From IMG/VR virus record IMGVR_UViG_3300014137_000003: a stretch of 64,000 nucleotides of DNA. One strand, written 5' to 3'. The notes below the pieces were generated by a model. It was not told the DNA's origin. It ran no database searches and worked only from the letters and a program-made list of their open reading frames with translations. The position numbers and the translations under genes are program-made. Shown piece after piece: positions 17,826 through 26,230 of this stretch. Positions within the stretch are counted from its first letter, which is position 1. Every line of letters starts with the position of its first letter. The stretch comes from a virus.

Positions 17826-18296
17826 ATGTCAGAAAAGTTTGTAAAGGGTGAAGAATTGGTTCACCCAGAACGTTATACAAAGAACAAGATTGAATCTTGG
17901 GACTTCACTCTGCAGTCTCTATTCCCTCATACTATTGCAACGGTAGTTGAGTATGTAATTCGCTATAAACATAAGGGTGGGTTACAGGACTTAGAGAAGG
18001 CAATTAACTGGACAAAGAAGGCTAGTCAGTCTTATCAGTATATTAGGTTATGTAGACCTAGGGAGCTTACTAGGATTGAATACTTTAAGAGTGTACCTTT
18101 TGTAGATGAAACTAACTTCCCAGACCTCTCATGGGAACAGCTTTTGATTCTACAGCACGCTCAAATGTTAACATTCTACTTAGATAACGAAGAGAAGTTT
18201 AACAGTTATATTGCTAAAATCTTAGAATCACTTGAGAAGCTTGTGGAAATGGAAAAAGAGAAAGAAGGTAGTGGTAATGATTTCAATGAAAAGTAA
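17826..18296 (+). CDS. DUF3310-like protein
   Basis: ERYTKNKIESWDF....YVIRYKHKGGLQDLEKAINW fits my recollection of the DUF3310 pattern (KY..R...KG...DL.KA). It is a paralog of 23466-23894. Confidence 0.6.
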   Translation: MSEKFVKGEELVHPERYTKNKIESWDFTLQSLFPHTIATVVEYVIRYKHKGGLQDLEKAINWTKKASQSYQYIRLCRPRELTRIEYFKSVPFVDETNFPDLSWEQLLILQHAQMLTFYLDNEEKFNSYIAKILESLEKLVEMEKEKEGSGNDFNEK

Positions 18297-18597
18297 GTTT
18301 AAGGTGTTATACCCAGCTATACTGATTGAATGGGTACTAGCAACAGGTTTGGGGTATCTCTCAACCTTGGTGCAGATGACGATTTTTAAATTAGTCTGCG
18401 AGGATGTTTCTCTTATCTTGTTTATTGTAAGTTATCTTCAGGTATTGATTATCTTATTTTCTTTTAATCATAAAGAAAAGACAGGTTTTCGTCAACTAAT
18501 GACTTATACTTTTGAAGAGGTTTTTAGGATAACTACACCTAGATCTTATAAACGTGCAATTGCCCTAGATAAGGAGAAAGAAGAAAATGGAATTTAG
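18277..18597 (+). CDS. membrane protein
   Basis: Two or three hydrophobic helices. The start is chosen at an internal ATG. Confidence 0.5.
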   Translation: MISMKSKFKVLYPAILIEWVLATGLGYLSTLVQMTIFKLVCEDVSLILFIVSYLQVLIILFSFNHKEKTGFRQLMTYTFEEVFRITTPRSYKRAIALDKEKEENGI

Positions 18598-18943
18598 TAC
18601 AGTAATGCTTATTCTTGGTTGTGCGTCTATCTTTAGGTTGGGAATTAACTATGCAGTCGCACTAATTGTTAGAGTTGCTTTAGACAAGTTTTATGAGGAT
18701 AAATTTAGGCAACTAAATAAGTACATGGTTAGGAAAGCCCTTTACAAGATTGTTATGTCTATGTGTTATGTTACTGTTTATAACGTAGTCAGCTCTTTAA
18801 ACTACCCAGTTCAGCAATCGTTATTGTTGATGGGTATGCTTGGTTTAGTGGAGTTAACGGTGTTTGCTTACTATGACCGCCCTAGCTATGGGTATGCACA
18901 GCTAAAACAACTCCTTGGAGCTTTGAGATGGGTACTAGTTTAG
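18587..18943 (+). CDS. membrane protein
   Basis: 118-aa ORF with several hydrophobic segments. Confidence 0.55.
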   Translation: MEFSTVMLILGCASIFRLGINYAVALIVRVALDKFYEDKFRQLNKYMVRKALYKIVMSMCYVTVYNVVSSLNYPVQQSLLLMGMLGLVELTVFAYYDRPSYGYAQLKQLLGALRWVLV

Positions 18944-18952
18944 GGGTAGTAG

Positions 18953-19501
18953 ATGTTTAAGTGTTTTAGAAGAAACAAAGAAATTACTTTTGACTCTTTA
19001 AGTACTCACAAGTTACGTTTAACTTGTTTTTCGGTAAATTTAGACGTTTTAGAAAAGTATGTAAATGGGTATTACTCTAGACGTGGAGTTCTTTATAGAG
19101 AAGGTAGTTACGAGTTGGTTTGTGAGGAACGTTCTTCCTTTAAGACTAAACTAGTTTGCCGTAGTGTAGACGGTTTTGAAGGTTTAGATCCCGAATTGCA
19201 TGTTGTTATAGATAAAGATGTGGAAGGTGAGTTAAAAGTTACTGTTACTTATAAAGATATTACTCTTCTTTTTGGGACTCCGTGGTCTAAATCTGTAACT
19301 ATATCTACTGATATAGATAGTCTTGAGAAGTTAGAGCATGAGTTCTATAAACTTCATAAATTAGGTATGTATGAGGTTTATGATTTGTTCATTGATTTTT
19401 CAGCTAGTCTGAGGGGGTTCTTACAAATCTCAGATGAAGAGTATAAGGAACTTCTAGAAAAGAAGACGAAAGAGTTGTGGGTTAGGAAAGAAGGTAAATA
19501 A
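18953..19501 (+). CDS. hypothetical protein
   Basis: 182-aa ORF with an AGGGGTAG SD. Confidence 0.6.
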   Translation: MFKCFRRNKEITFDSLSTHKLRLTCFSVNLDVLEKYVNGYYSRRGVLYREGSYELVCEERSSFKTKLVCRSVDGFEGLDPELHVVIDKDVEGELKVTVTYKDITLLFGTPWSKSVTISTDIDSLEKLEHEFYKLHKLGMYEVYDLFIDFSASLRGFLQISDEEYKELLEKKTKELWVRKEGK

Positions 19502-19543
19502 TGGTAGTACTGGGGTACGTTAACAAGTGTTAGGGGATGGCAA

Positions 19544-19810
19544 ATGATTATTATAGGGTTGTTTTGGTTTAGTTTGACGGGGTACTTATTTTTCATGAAG
19601 CACACCCCTGAGTTCATGTACTACGCTCAGTTATCTGAAAGGCAGATTAATTCAGCAATGGTGTTTAACTTAGCTTATGCAGTGTTATCTTGTCTAGTTT
19701 TAGTTTTATTGGGTAGGCTAGGTTTTGGGAATATACTAGAGCCATTAGCTTTGGTCTTGATGGTTATTGGTGCTTTACTTTCCCTCTATCCTCTATTGAG
19801 GAAGAGTTAG
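19544..19810 (+). CDS. membrane protein
   Basis: 88-aa ORF with three hydrophobic helices. Confidence 0.55.
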   Translation: MIIIGLFWFSLTGYLFFMKHTPEFMYYAQLSERQINSAMVFNLAYAVLSCLVLVLLGRLGFGNILEPLALVLMVIGALLSLYPLLRKS

Positions 19811-19865
19811 TTAGAAATATTAAATGTAGGGTAAGTTAAACTAAGAATTTATATTATTTATTATT

Positions 19866-19887
19866 CCCCTCGTTGTAGGGGTATTTT
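19866..19887 (+). terminator. hairpin terminator
   Basis: CCCCT-CGTTGT-AGGGG followed by TATTTT. Confidence 0.45.
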
Positions 19888-20022
19888 ATATTCAAGGAGT
19901 TATTCTACCAAAGTATGTAGTTAATGCAAGAGATTTCTTAGTCTTATCCTCAGGACGTACTTTCACAGAATCTAAGAAGTTAGAAAACTAGGCGAGATTA
20001 CCTTGCTTTAAACTTTAGTAAG

Positions 20023-20031
20023 TGTTAAAAT
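20023..20031 (+). promoter_or_regulatory. extended -10 promoter (TGTTAAAAT)
   Basis: Followed by AAGTATTAT. Lies upstream of 20144. Confidence 0.5.
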
Positions 20032-20143
20032 AAGTATTATAGTGATGTGGTAGACCTCCTATATAGTTTATCTTTATAGGATTGGAAGTCTTTCAAATAA
20101 ACTATAAGTATTTAGAAAGCATCGAATGTTAAGGGGTATCTAA

Positions 20144-20377
20144 ATGTCAGAAGTTTCTATAGAACAGCGTGTTTCTTACTGGAAGAATAAAATAGGTATT
20201 GGTTCTGTATGGTTATTACAGAGTTTCAATACTCGCAAAGCTACAGTTGAGAGAGTATATTTCGACCTTAATTGTGGTTCAGTTGTAGTAGATTACACTT
20301 TAGAGGATTGTCCGCAAGCTATTCAGACTGCGGAAGTAGAGTATTTTCTAAACTACATTGTTCAGTGTAGGGCATAG
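20144..20377 (+). CDS. hypothetical protein (paralog of 26231-26467)
   Basis: It shares W....GSVWL.Q......TV..V.......V.YT..D.P and F.NYIV with the 26231 ORF. Confidence 0.6.
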   Translation: MSEVSIEQRVSYWKNKIGIGSVWLLQSFNTRKATVERVYFDLNCGSVVVDYTLEDCPQAIQTAEVEYFLNYIVQCRA

Positions 20378-20400
20378 CAACGCAAGAAAGGAGAGAGTAT

Positions 20401-20739
20401 ATGAAAGTAATCAAACGTAACGGAACGAAAGTCGACTTTGAAGCAATTAAAATTTATAATGCAATGTATAAGGCAGCACGTTCAGTTTATGCAGTAAATG
20501 ACGACTTAGCTAATACTTTATACCGTATCGCTCGAAGTATTGAAGCACAGCTATTAGAAAGTAAAACAGAAGTAGTTACTATTTCTATGATACAGGCTTT
20601 GGTAGAAGAGAAACTGCTATCTGAGGGGTACCTTCACATTGCAGAGCATTACATCTCTTATCGTTTACAGCGTGATATTGAGCGTACTGACTATAAGGAT
20701 AAGGTTATTGTTAGGTTAAAGTTGGAACAAATTAGGTGA
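20401..20739 (+). CDS. stand-alone ATP-cone domain protein
   Basis: MKVIKRNGTKVDFEAIKIYNAM matches the ATP-cone signature (VIKRdG..e.Fd..KI) of NrdR, NrdA and NrdD N-termini. Confidence 0.7.
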   Translation: MKVIKRNGTKVDFEAIKIYNAMYKAARSVYAVNDDLANTLYRIARSIEAQLLESKTEVVTISMIQALVEEKLLSEGYLHIAEHYISYRLQRDIERTDYKDKVIVRLKLEQIR

Positions 20740-20913
20740 GGTGTTATATGAAAGAGGTAAAACCTTCGGTTTATTGGCAGTTTTTTCAACTATTGTGTTA
20801 GGTCTAGGATTTGTTCTTTGTAAGAAGGAACAAAAATAAAGATAAGTCAAGTATTTAGCTTAGATTTAGTGGCAAGTTGGCTTTTTAGTCTGTTTGCTTT
20901 TCTTTTTCCATTT

Positions 20914-20922
20914 TGTTAAAAT
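20914..20922 (+). promoter_or_regulatory. extended -10 promoter (TGTTAAAAT + ATTAGTAT)
   Basis: Promoter-family member upstream of 20949. Confidence 0.6.
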
Positions 20923-20948
20923 ATTAGTATATAAAGGAGGATTTTGTA

Positions 20949-21209
20949 ATGAAATTATTATTTCCAGAACATGGTAGGTATACTAAAAAGGGAGTCCTCG
21001 GTTTTTATAATGAAAAGGAAAACTGGGTTCACTTAATTTACCCAGACAAGATGGATAACCCCTTTTTAGGTGGTGGTTTGCTGGATGATTCCATAGATAG
21101 GTTTACTAAAGAGACTGGTATTAATGTTTCTTTCACTCCAGTGGGTTCTAGGTATGGGTTGAGTGATGACAGGGAAACCTTGGGGTATTACGAAGAGGTG
21201 CTTGTATGA
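20949..21209 (+). CDS. hypothetical protein
   Basis: 86-aa ORF with an AAGGAGG SD. Confidence 0.55.
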   Translation: MKLLFPEHGRYTKKGVLGFYNEKENWVHLIYPDKMDNPFLGGGLLDDSIDRFTKETGINVSFTPVGSRYGLSDDRETLGYYEEVLV

Positions 21210-21277
21210 TTGCGTCTGCTAGAAATAAGAAGTAACCCTTATTTACAGACTATTTATCTCACTCCCAACTAACTAGT

Positions 21278-21643
21278 ATGTATAACTCTTTAGCTAGGAT
21301 GCCCTATAAAGACCCTAGAATAGTTTATACTAATCTGCATTTAATTTTAGAGATTACTTTAAAGAAAATAGCAATATATCATGGCTTTGAGGTTTCTGTT
21401 ACTTCTCATAGGATTGGTGACTCTTTACTGAAATTAAAAGAAGTTGAGCCTTTTGTTAAAGATATGTGGTCATTTCTACAAGGTCATGGGTTATTAAGGT
21501 ATTTGCAACGTTTTCCTTATGATTCTCTTAGATTTAACTCTAAAGAGCCTATACCTCCTATACCTATGGATGTATTCTTTGTAATTACAAGAAATTCATT
21601 AAGAAGGTTAGAGTACATAGAAAAAGAATCGTTAACATTATAG
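21278..21643 (+). CDS. hypothetical protein
   Basis: 121-aa ORF with no clear SD. Confidence 0.45.
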   Translation: MYNSLARMPYKDPRIVYTNLHLILEITLKKIAIYHGFEVSVTSHRIGDSLLKLKEVEPFVKDMWSFLQGHGLLRYLQRFPYDSLRFNSKEPIPPIPMDVFFVITRNSLRRLEYIEKESLTL

Positions 21644-21675
21644 TCTTAAATTAAGTTGAATTAGCTTATCTAATT

Positions 21676-21684
21676 TGGTAAACT
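21676..21684 (+). promoter_or_regulatory. extended -10 promoter (TGGTAAACT + ATTAGTAT)
   Basis: Promoter-family member upstream of tRNA-Met. Confidence 0.6.
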
Positions 21685-21778
21685 ATTAGTATAGTAGCTT
21701 AGGCTACTAGGGTAGGATGCATTTAATACGTGTAAGAGTCATGGTGGAAGTGTCTAAAGCGTCCTACCTTTTCTATTT

Positions 21779-21852
21779 GTACCTTTAGCTTAGTTGGTTA
21801 AAGCCCTCGGCTCATAACCGAGTCACCGTAGGTTCGAGTCCTGCAAGGTACA
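21779..21852 (+). tRNA. tRNA-Met or Ile2 (anticodon CAT)
   Basis: Acceptor GTACCTT/AAGGTAC, D-arm GCTT-AGTTGGTTA-AAGC, anticodon arm CTCGG-CTCATAA-CCGAG and T-arm GTAGG-TTCGAGT-CCTGC. It does not look like an initiator (1-72 paired, no GGG/CCC anticodon stem). Confidence 0.85.
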
Positions 21853-21878
21853 TAATTTTAAGAAATGAGGTATTCTAG

Positions 21879-22367
21879 ATGGGAATTGTGAATCCAGTAT
21901 TTGTGAATCCAGCAAAAACTTATGATTTTGATACACATAGGTTAAGTGTAAATGAGGTTAGACTTACCTCTGCACATGGTAGCTCTGATGGAGTTGTTCG
22001 TGTATCTTTAGCCGTATATGGAGAGGTGGTAGCCAAGGGTGGATTTCTTGCGAAACTAGGTATGAAACCTAAGCCTCAAAAGTATTCTCTTTCTCTTGGG
22101 TATAGGGTATCTTTCGACAACCAAGTAGTTTCAGACTACTCCTTTGTAGGGTTAGATGTAGGAAAAGTACAGGAAGACAGTAAGTACTTAGTACGAAGTT
22201 CCTCTCTAGAGAAATTAGTATCTAAGGGTATTAAGACTACTAAAAGTTTTGCATTAGTTACAGAAAGTTTTAATGTAATTAAACCTAACCTTTATTCAGA
22301 TATTATGCTCTATACAAAAAGAATGGCTACTAGTCGCAAAGGGAGGGAATCTCCTTGGAACAAATAA
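21879..22367 (+). CDS. hypothetical protein
   Basis: 162-aa ORF. Confidence 0.6.
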   Translation: MGIVNPVFVNPAKTYDFDTHRLSVNEVRLTSAHGSSDGVVRVSLAVYGEVVAKGGFLAKLGMKPKPQKYSLSLGYRVSFDNQVVSDYSFVGLDVGKVQEDSKYLVRSSSLEKLVSKGIKTTKSFALVTESFNVIKPNLYSDIMLYTKRMATSRKGRESPWNK

Positions 22368-22774
22368 CTTTACAAAGCTACCATAATAGGTTAGATTGTC
22401 TATTAACTGAAGGTACTTTATCTGATTTGCTTGAGTTTTTGGGTATGCAGTATTTTGAAGGAAGTAGGCAAGAAGGTAATGAGAACCGTGACGTTTATGA
22501 ATTCGTTGATAAGGGTACTATGGCGATAGAGGTTCTATTGAATGAATCCAAGGTTCGCTTTTGGAGTAACTTCTCTAGTTGGATGAGCCTACCTAATAAT
22601 GACAATTTTTGGTCACTATTATTTGATGGGTATCCTAAATTAGTAAAAAGGCTAATAGAGTTACTAGATAAAGAGTACTCATACTTAGGTTCTCTGTCTT
22701 ATGAGGTACGGTTAGATGGTAAGTTTAATGAATTCAAGAAGGAATACTTAGAGTTGAATAACTCTAAATCATGA
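22355..22774 (+). CDS. hypothetical protein
   Basis: TTG start 7 nt after GGGAGGG. Confidence 0.5.
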   Translation: MEQITLQSYHNRLDCLLTEGTLSDLLEFLGMQYFEGSRQEGNENRDVYEFVDKGTMAIEVLLNESKVRFWSNFSSWMSLPNNDNFWSLLFDGYPKLVKRLIELLDKEYSYLGSLSYEVRLDGKFNEFKKEYLELNNSKS

Positions 22775-22796
22775 TAAGAAGTTTTAGGAGGTTTAT

Positions 22797-23105
22797 ATGC
22801 AAAGGCAATACATCGTAATGAATGGTTATGGAAATAATGGAATTATAACTACTTACTTAGTAGACGTAGAACGTAGGGTACGTTGGTTTAACAATAAGGC
22901 AAGAGAAACTGGCTTAAATTTGCGTATTCGACTAACAGGAGACTCAGAAGAGTATGCATACTATGCAGAATTGATTTTGCCTAATAAATCTAAGATTCCT
23001 TTTCTTATCCGTCCGGATTACGGTTGGGGTATGTATGGAAGGACAGACTTTTCTAAAGAAGCTATGGAGTGGTATTATCAGGCTTGGTACTTGTGGAAAT
23101 CTTAA
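22797..23105 (+). CDS. hypothetical protein
   Basis: 102-aa ORF with an AGGAGG SD. Confidence 0.6.
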   Translation: MQRQYIVMNGYGNNGIITTYLVDVERRVRWFNNKARETGLNLRIRLTGDSEEYAYYAELILPNKSKIPFLIRPDYGWGMYGRTDFSKEAMEWYYQAWYLWKS

Positions 23106-23114
23106 TTTTAAGTT

Positions 23115-23147
23115 GTAAGTAGTTTGCTCTGAAGACTACTTGCTTTT
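23115..23147 (+). terminator. rho-independent terminator
   Basis: GTAAGTAGT / ACTACTTGC 9-bp stem followed by TTTT. Confidence 0.65.
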
Positions 23148-23172
23148 CTATTGGAAAGAGTGGGTTATAGGT

Positions 23173-23430
23173 ATGAAAGACAAAGACAATTATAAGTCAA
23201 CAATGTGCGTCAAGCTGAATCACCCAGAAGCTTCAACGGTATTTAATGTTATCTGTACTAAGGAGCAAGAAAACTTTCTAAAGTTCTTAGCAAGTATTTC
23301 TACTAATGTTTCTATGAATAGGTATGAACCTACAATGAGTGTGGCTGAGGGGGTAGGGAACTGCGAAAGTGATACTTTAAACGGTACTAAGAAGGCTTTT
23401 ATCTTCGATGCAACAATGTTGGAGGAGTGA
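23173..23430 (+). CDS. hypothetical protein
   Basis: The start is moved downstream of the terminator hairpin. Confidence 0.5.
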   Translation: MKDKDNYKSTMCVKLNHPEASTVFNVICTKEQENFLKFLASISTNVSMNRYEPTMSVAEGVGNCESDTLNGTKKAFIFDATMLEE

Positions 23431-23465
23431 GAAGTATCTTGCTTACTAACGAAGTGGAGGTAATC

Positions 23466-23894
23466 ATGAAAGAAAAATTCGTAAAAGACGAAGAACTAGT
23501 AAATCCAGAACGGTATATGCAAAATAAGATTGAAGCTTGGGATTTTGCCATTCAAAGTCTCTTTCCTTACCCTCTAGGGGTAGTTTCTAAGTATGTAATT
23601 CGTCATAGACATAAGGGTGGTAAACAAGACTTAGAAAAGGCTCTTATTTGGGCTAAGAAAGCTAAGGAATCTTATAAGTATATTTCTTTGAGTTGTCCTA
23701 GTGGTATTATTTACTTTGAAGAGGTACCTAAGGCAAGTGTAGAGAACTTTCCAGACCTTGGTGACGAGGAGATTTTAATATTAAAACTTTTACAAGAGGT
23801 TACTTCTCGTCTAAGGGAGGAGGAGATGTTCGAAGGAGTAATGTCTCACATTATTAAAATATTAGAGGGAATGATAGAAAACTTCCCTAGTTAG
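23466..23894 (+). CDS. DUF3310-like protein (paralog of 17826-18296)
   Basis: MKEKFVKDEELVNPERYMQNKIEAWDF...YVIRHRHKGGKQDLEKALIW. GGAGG SD. Confidence 0.6.
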   Translation: MKEKFVKDEELVNPERYMQNKIEAWDFAIQSLFPYPLGVVSKYVIRHRHKGGKQDLEKALIWAKKAKESYKYISLSCPSGIIYFEEVPKASVENFPDLGDEEILILKLLQEVTSRLREEEMFEGVMSHIIKILEGMIENFPS

Positions 23895-23918
23895 TAGAAG
23901 ATTATTGAAGGTTTTATT

Positions 23919-24305
23919 ATGAGAACTGTTAGGTTAGTTGAGGGTATATCGGAGCTTGGTACAAACATTCGGACAATTTTAGAGTATTTGGCTTTGAATG
24001 GTGAACATTTTGTAACATTCGTTCTTCGTGACCCTCTAGGTGAGATTTTAGTGTACAACCATTTATCTATGAAGGATGATGGTAGTATCGTAAGCAAGGT
24101 AATGCTGAGGGAAGAGGAAGAACCAGAAGAAAGTTCTACTGTCGAACCTACCTTATTGATGTTTAAGGGTGTTATTGCTTACTCTAAGGAAATTCCCCCG
24201 TCAGAGAAGTTTAAAGATACTTTCTCTAGTAAGTGGGATGAGATTGTTGCGGTTACTGATTTGAATGTTAGTGTTAATAGGTGGCGACAAGCCAATATCT
24301 TGTAG
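23919..24305 (+). CDS. hypothetical protein
   Basis: 128-aa ORF. Confidence 0.6.
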   Translation: MRTVRLVEGISELGTNIRTILEYLALNGEHFVTFVLRDPLGEILVYNHLSMKDDGSIVSKVMLREEEEPEESSTVEPTLLMFKGVIAYSKEIPPSEKFKDTFSSKWDEIVAVTDLNVSVNRWRQANIL

Positions 24306-24335
24306 GGGGTATTAAAGATAGCTTAAGTTTTATTA

Positions 24336-24376
24336 GAATATGCGAGTAGTTTGTTACGCAGACTGCTTGCATATTC
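24336..24376 (+). terminator. long hairpin (terminator or processing site)
   Basis: GAATATGC / GCATATTC outer stem that continues inward with G:U pairs. There is no clean U-tract. Confidence 0.4.
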
Positions 24377-24386
24377 TGTAAGTCTT

Positions 24387-24395
24387 TGCTAAAAT
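24387..24395 (+). promoter_or_regulatory. extended -10 promoter (TGCTAAAAT)
   Basis: Lies 54 nt upstream of the tmRNA 5' end. Confidence 0.6.
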
Positions 24396-24448
24396 AGATG
24401 TATAGTTTGTTAGGGGTATCTCCTTGCTAGGCTATAAGATATTATTTA

Positions 24449-24830
24449 GGGGTCGTCTTGGATTCGACAGGCGACTGAGATTAAGAACTTCACTCCGAGT
24501 GGTGACGTAATCACCAAACTTAAATATAACTGCAAACACAGTTCAACCTGTTGAGATGGCAGCCTAACAAGTCTCCCTCGACTTGTATGTCTGTCTAATC
24601 AACACAAGTAAATTACCGATTAAGGTGAGCGACTATCTGTAAGTAACGGTGCAGTGGTAGCTATAAACCACGTTACTCGCTAGAAGGGGTATCTCAGCCC
24701 TCTAGTTAAATACGAGATATAGCTTTAGGGTTTGTGCATTTACCTAAGGTCGAATGTTTAAATGTAGCAGAGTGCTATAGAGTTTTTAGTTGAGGTTGTT
24801 TGGACGTGGGTTCGAAACCCACCGGCTCCA
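24449..24830 (+). ncRNA. ssrA: tmRNA (SsrA), tag ANTVQPVEMAA
   Basis: The 5' end GGGGTCGTCTTGGATTCGACAGG and 3' end GGACGTGGGTTCGAAACCCACCGGCTCCA form an alanine-type acceptor with G3:U70. The tag ORF (GCAAACACAGTTCAACCTGTTGAGATGGCAGCCTAA) spans 24532-24567. Confidence 0.9.
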
Positions 24831-24833
24831 TTA

Positions 24834-24906
24834 GGCTTGATAGCTCAATTGGTAGAGCAGTGGACTCTTAATCCACGGGTTGTAGGTTCGAGCCCTACTC
24901 AGGTCA
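24834..24906 (+). tRNA. tRNA-Lys (anticodon CTT)
   Basis: Acceptor GGCTTGA/TCAGGTC, D-arm GCTC-AATTGGTA-GAGC, anticodon arm GTGGA-CTCTTAA-TCCAC and T-arm GTAGG-TTCGAGC-CCTAC. Confidence 0.85.
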
Positions 24907-25335
24907 TGGCTGATGTTGTAATATCAACATTCCAGCTAGTAAATTCCTTTTGCCTAAGAAGTACAATTTCTAAGCAATAAAAAGCACTGGCAATATCTGT
25001 CTGATTGTACTGGGCAGATGTCTAAAAACTTGTTGGTTAAAAGGTTCTCCAACATACGATACCAGGAGGCGTTAGAGGTATCATTTCAGGCTTAGTACCT
25101 CGATAAGGGGTAGTAAGTCATAGCTAATACTTAGGTATTAGTGAACCTTTATAGAATAACGAGTAAATAAGTGCAACTTGAGAGGTCGTTGCAGGTACAG
25201 CCAGGAAACCTTTTAAATAGTAGCCCTTAGGATAGACACTGTGTAAGTCGAGAATTGATCAGCTCGCAATCAGATGATTCTATCTGAAAGTAGTTGGCAG
25301 GGGTGAGAGCTTGTTGTTTTATAGGGGTATTCTTA

Positions 25336-25408
25336 TCCACCATAGCTCAGTTGGTAGAGCACCTGACTGTTAATCAGGTTGTCACAGGTTCGAGACCTGT
25401 TGGTGGAG
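25336..25408 (+). tRNA. tRNA-Asn (anticodon GTT)
   Basis: Acceptor TCCACCA/TGGTGGA, anticodon arm CCTGA-CTGTTAA-TCAGG and T-arm ACAGG-TTCGAGA-CCTGT. Confidence 0.9.
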
Positions 25409-25535
25409 TTCAGTAAAAATCTTCCCAGATATTTCCCTTTTACTGAAGCTAATCGTATAATTATCGATAAGACGACAGGAATACGGTTAGTCAGACCTAG
25501 CTAGGCAAGTCTAATTGTTTAGCTAGGTTTATTAT

Positions 25536-25677
25536 TGGGGTATAGCCAAGTGGTAAGGCAGTAAGAGAACTGTGGAACGGAGGTTCGAATCCTCTCAAGA
25601 CGACTAGGTCGTGCTTGTAGCCAAGGGGTAAGGCTCACAGCTACTTATGACCGTGGGTTCGAATCCCACTACCTCGA
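25536..25677 (+). ncRNA. composite double-tRNA-like RNA (permuted tRNA body nested in the anticodon loop of another)
   Basis: Four mutually consistent helices: 25536-42 with 25670-76 (7 bp), 25561-65 with 25644-48 (5 bp), 25570-74 with 25636-40 (5 bp perfect), and 25596-602 with 25610-17 (7 bp plus a bulge). It also has two D-arms and two GGTTCGAATCC T-arms with tRNA-exact spacing. Confidence 0.6.
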
Positions 25678-25731
25678 TAGTTCAGTCCTTGTAAAGTGGT
25701 CTGTAACTACTTTGCTAAGTATCCTCTAATG

Positions 25732-25740
25732 TGGTAAACT
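25732..25740 (+). promoter_or_regulatory. extended -10 promoter (TGGTAAACT)
   Basis: Upstream of 25813. Confidence 0.55.
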
Positions 25741-25812
25741 TACAGTATCATAGTTAGGGGTATTCTATATTTCTAACAGTTAAGACTAGTAATTTATCTG
25801 AGAGGTGTACTA

Positions 25813-26175
25813 ATGGAAGTTCTATTAGGTAAGACTAAGTTAAGTGGTAATGCAAGAACTGTCTCTATGAAAACAACAATACCTTTGGTAGTTCAAGAGA
25901 ATTTGCATGTAACTGAAGGTCAAGAAATTTTCCTTTATTTTAAGGAAGGACGTGTTTATCTTGAGATTTCTAAGAAGGATGAATCCTCTTATGGGCTTGG
26001 CAAGGATATTTGTTTCCTAGGAAGTAAAACTTTAGTAAATCAAGGTTCTGTGCTTGCATTTTCTTTCGCTAATGTGCTAAGAGAGGTTTTGATGTTATCT
26101 ATTGGTGACTACCTTGGTTATTACTTTAGTGAGGGTAGAATTTATATTAAAAAGTATGAAGAGGGTTTTAGTTGA
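25813..26175 (+). CDS. tandem AbrB/SpoVT-like (swapped-hairpin) DNA-binding protein
   Basis: Two repeats of the pattern ..IP..V.E.L.V.EGQEIFLYFKEGRVYLE / ...VLREVL.LSIGDYLGYYFSEGRIYIKK, which is typical of AbrB/MazE-type domains. Confidence 0.5.
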   Translation: MEVLLGKTKLSGNARTVSMKTTIPLVVQENLHVTEGQEIFLYFKEGRVYLEISKKDESSYGLGKDICFLGSKTLVNQGSVLAFSFANVLREVLMLSIGDYLGYYFSEGRIYIKKYEEGFS

Positions 26176-26230
26176 TTCTCTAGGACTTGTTAACTTATAG
26201 GGGTAAGCCTTGGAATAGGGGGTATTTAAA

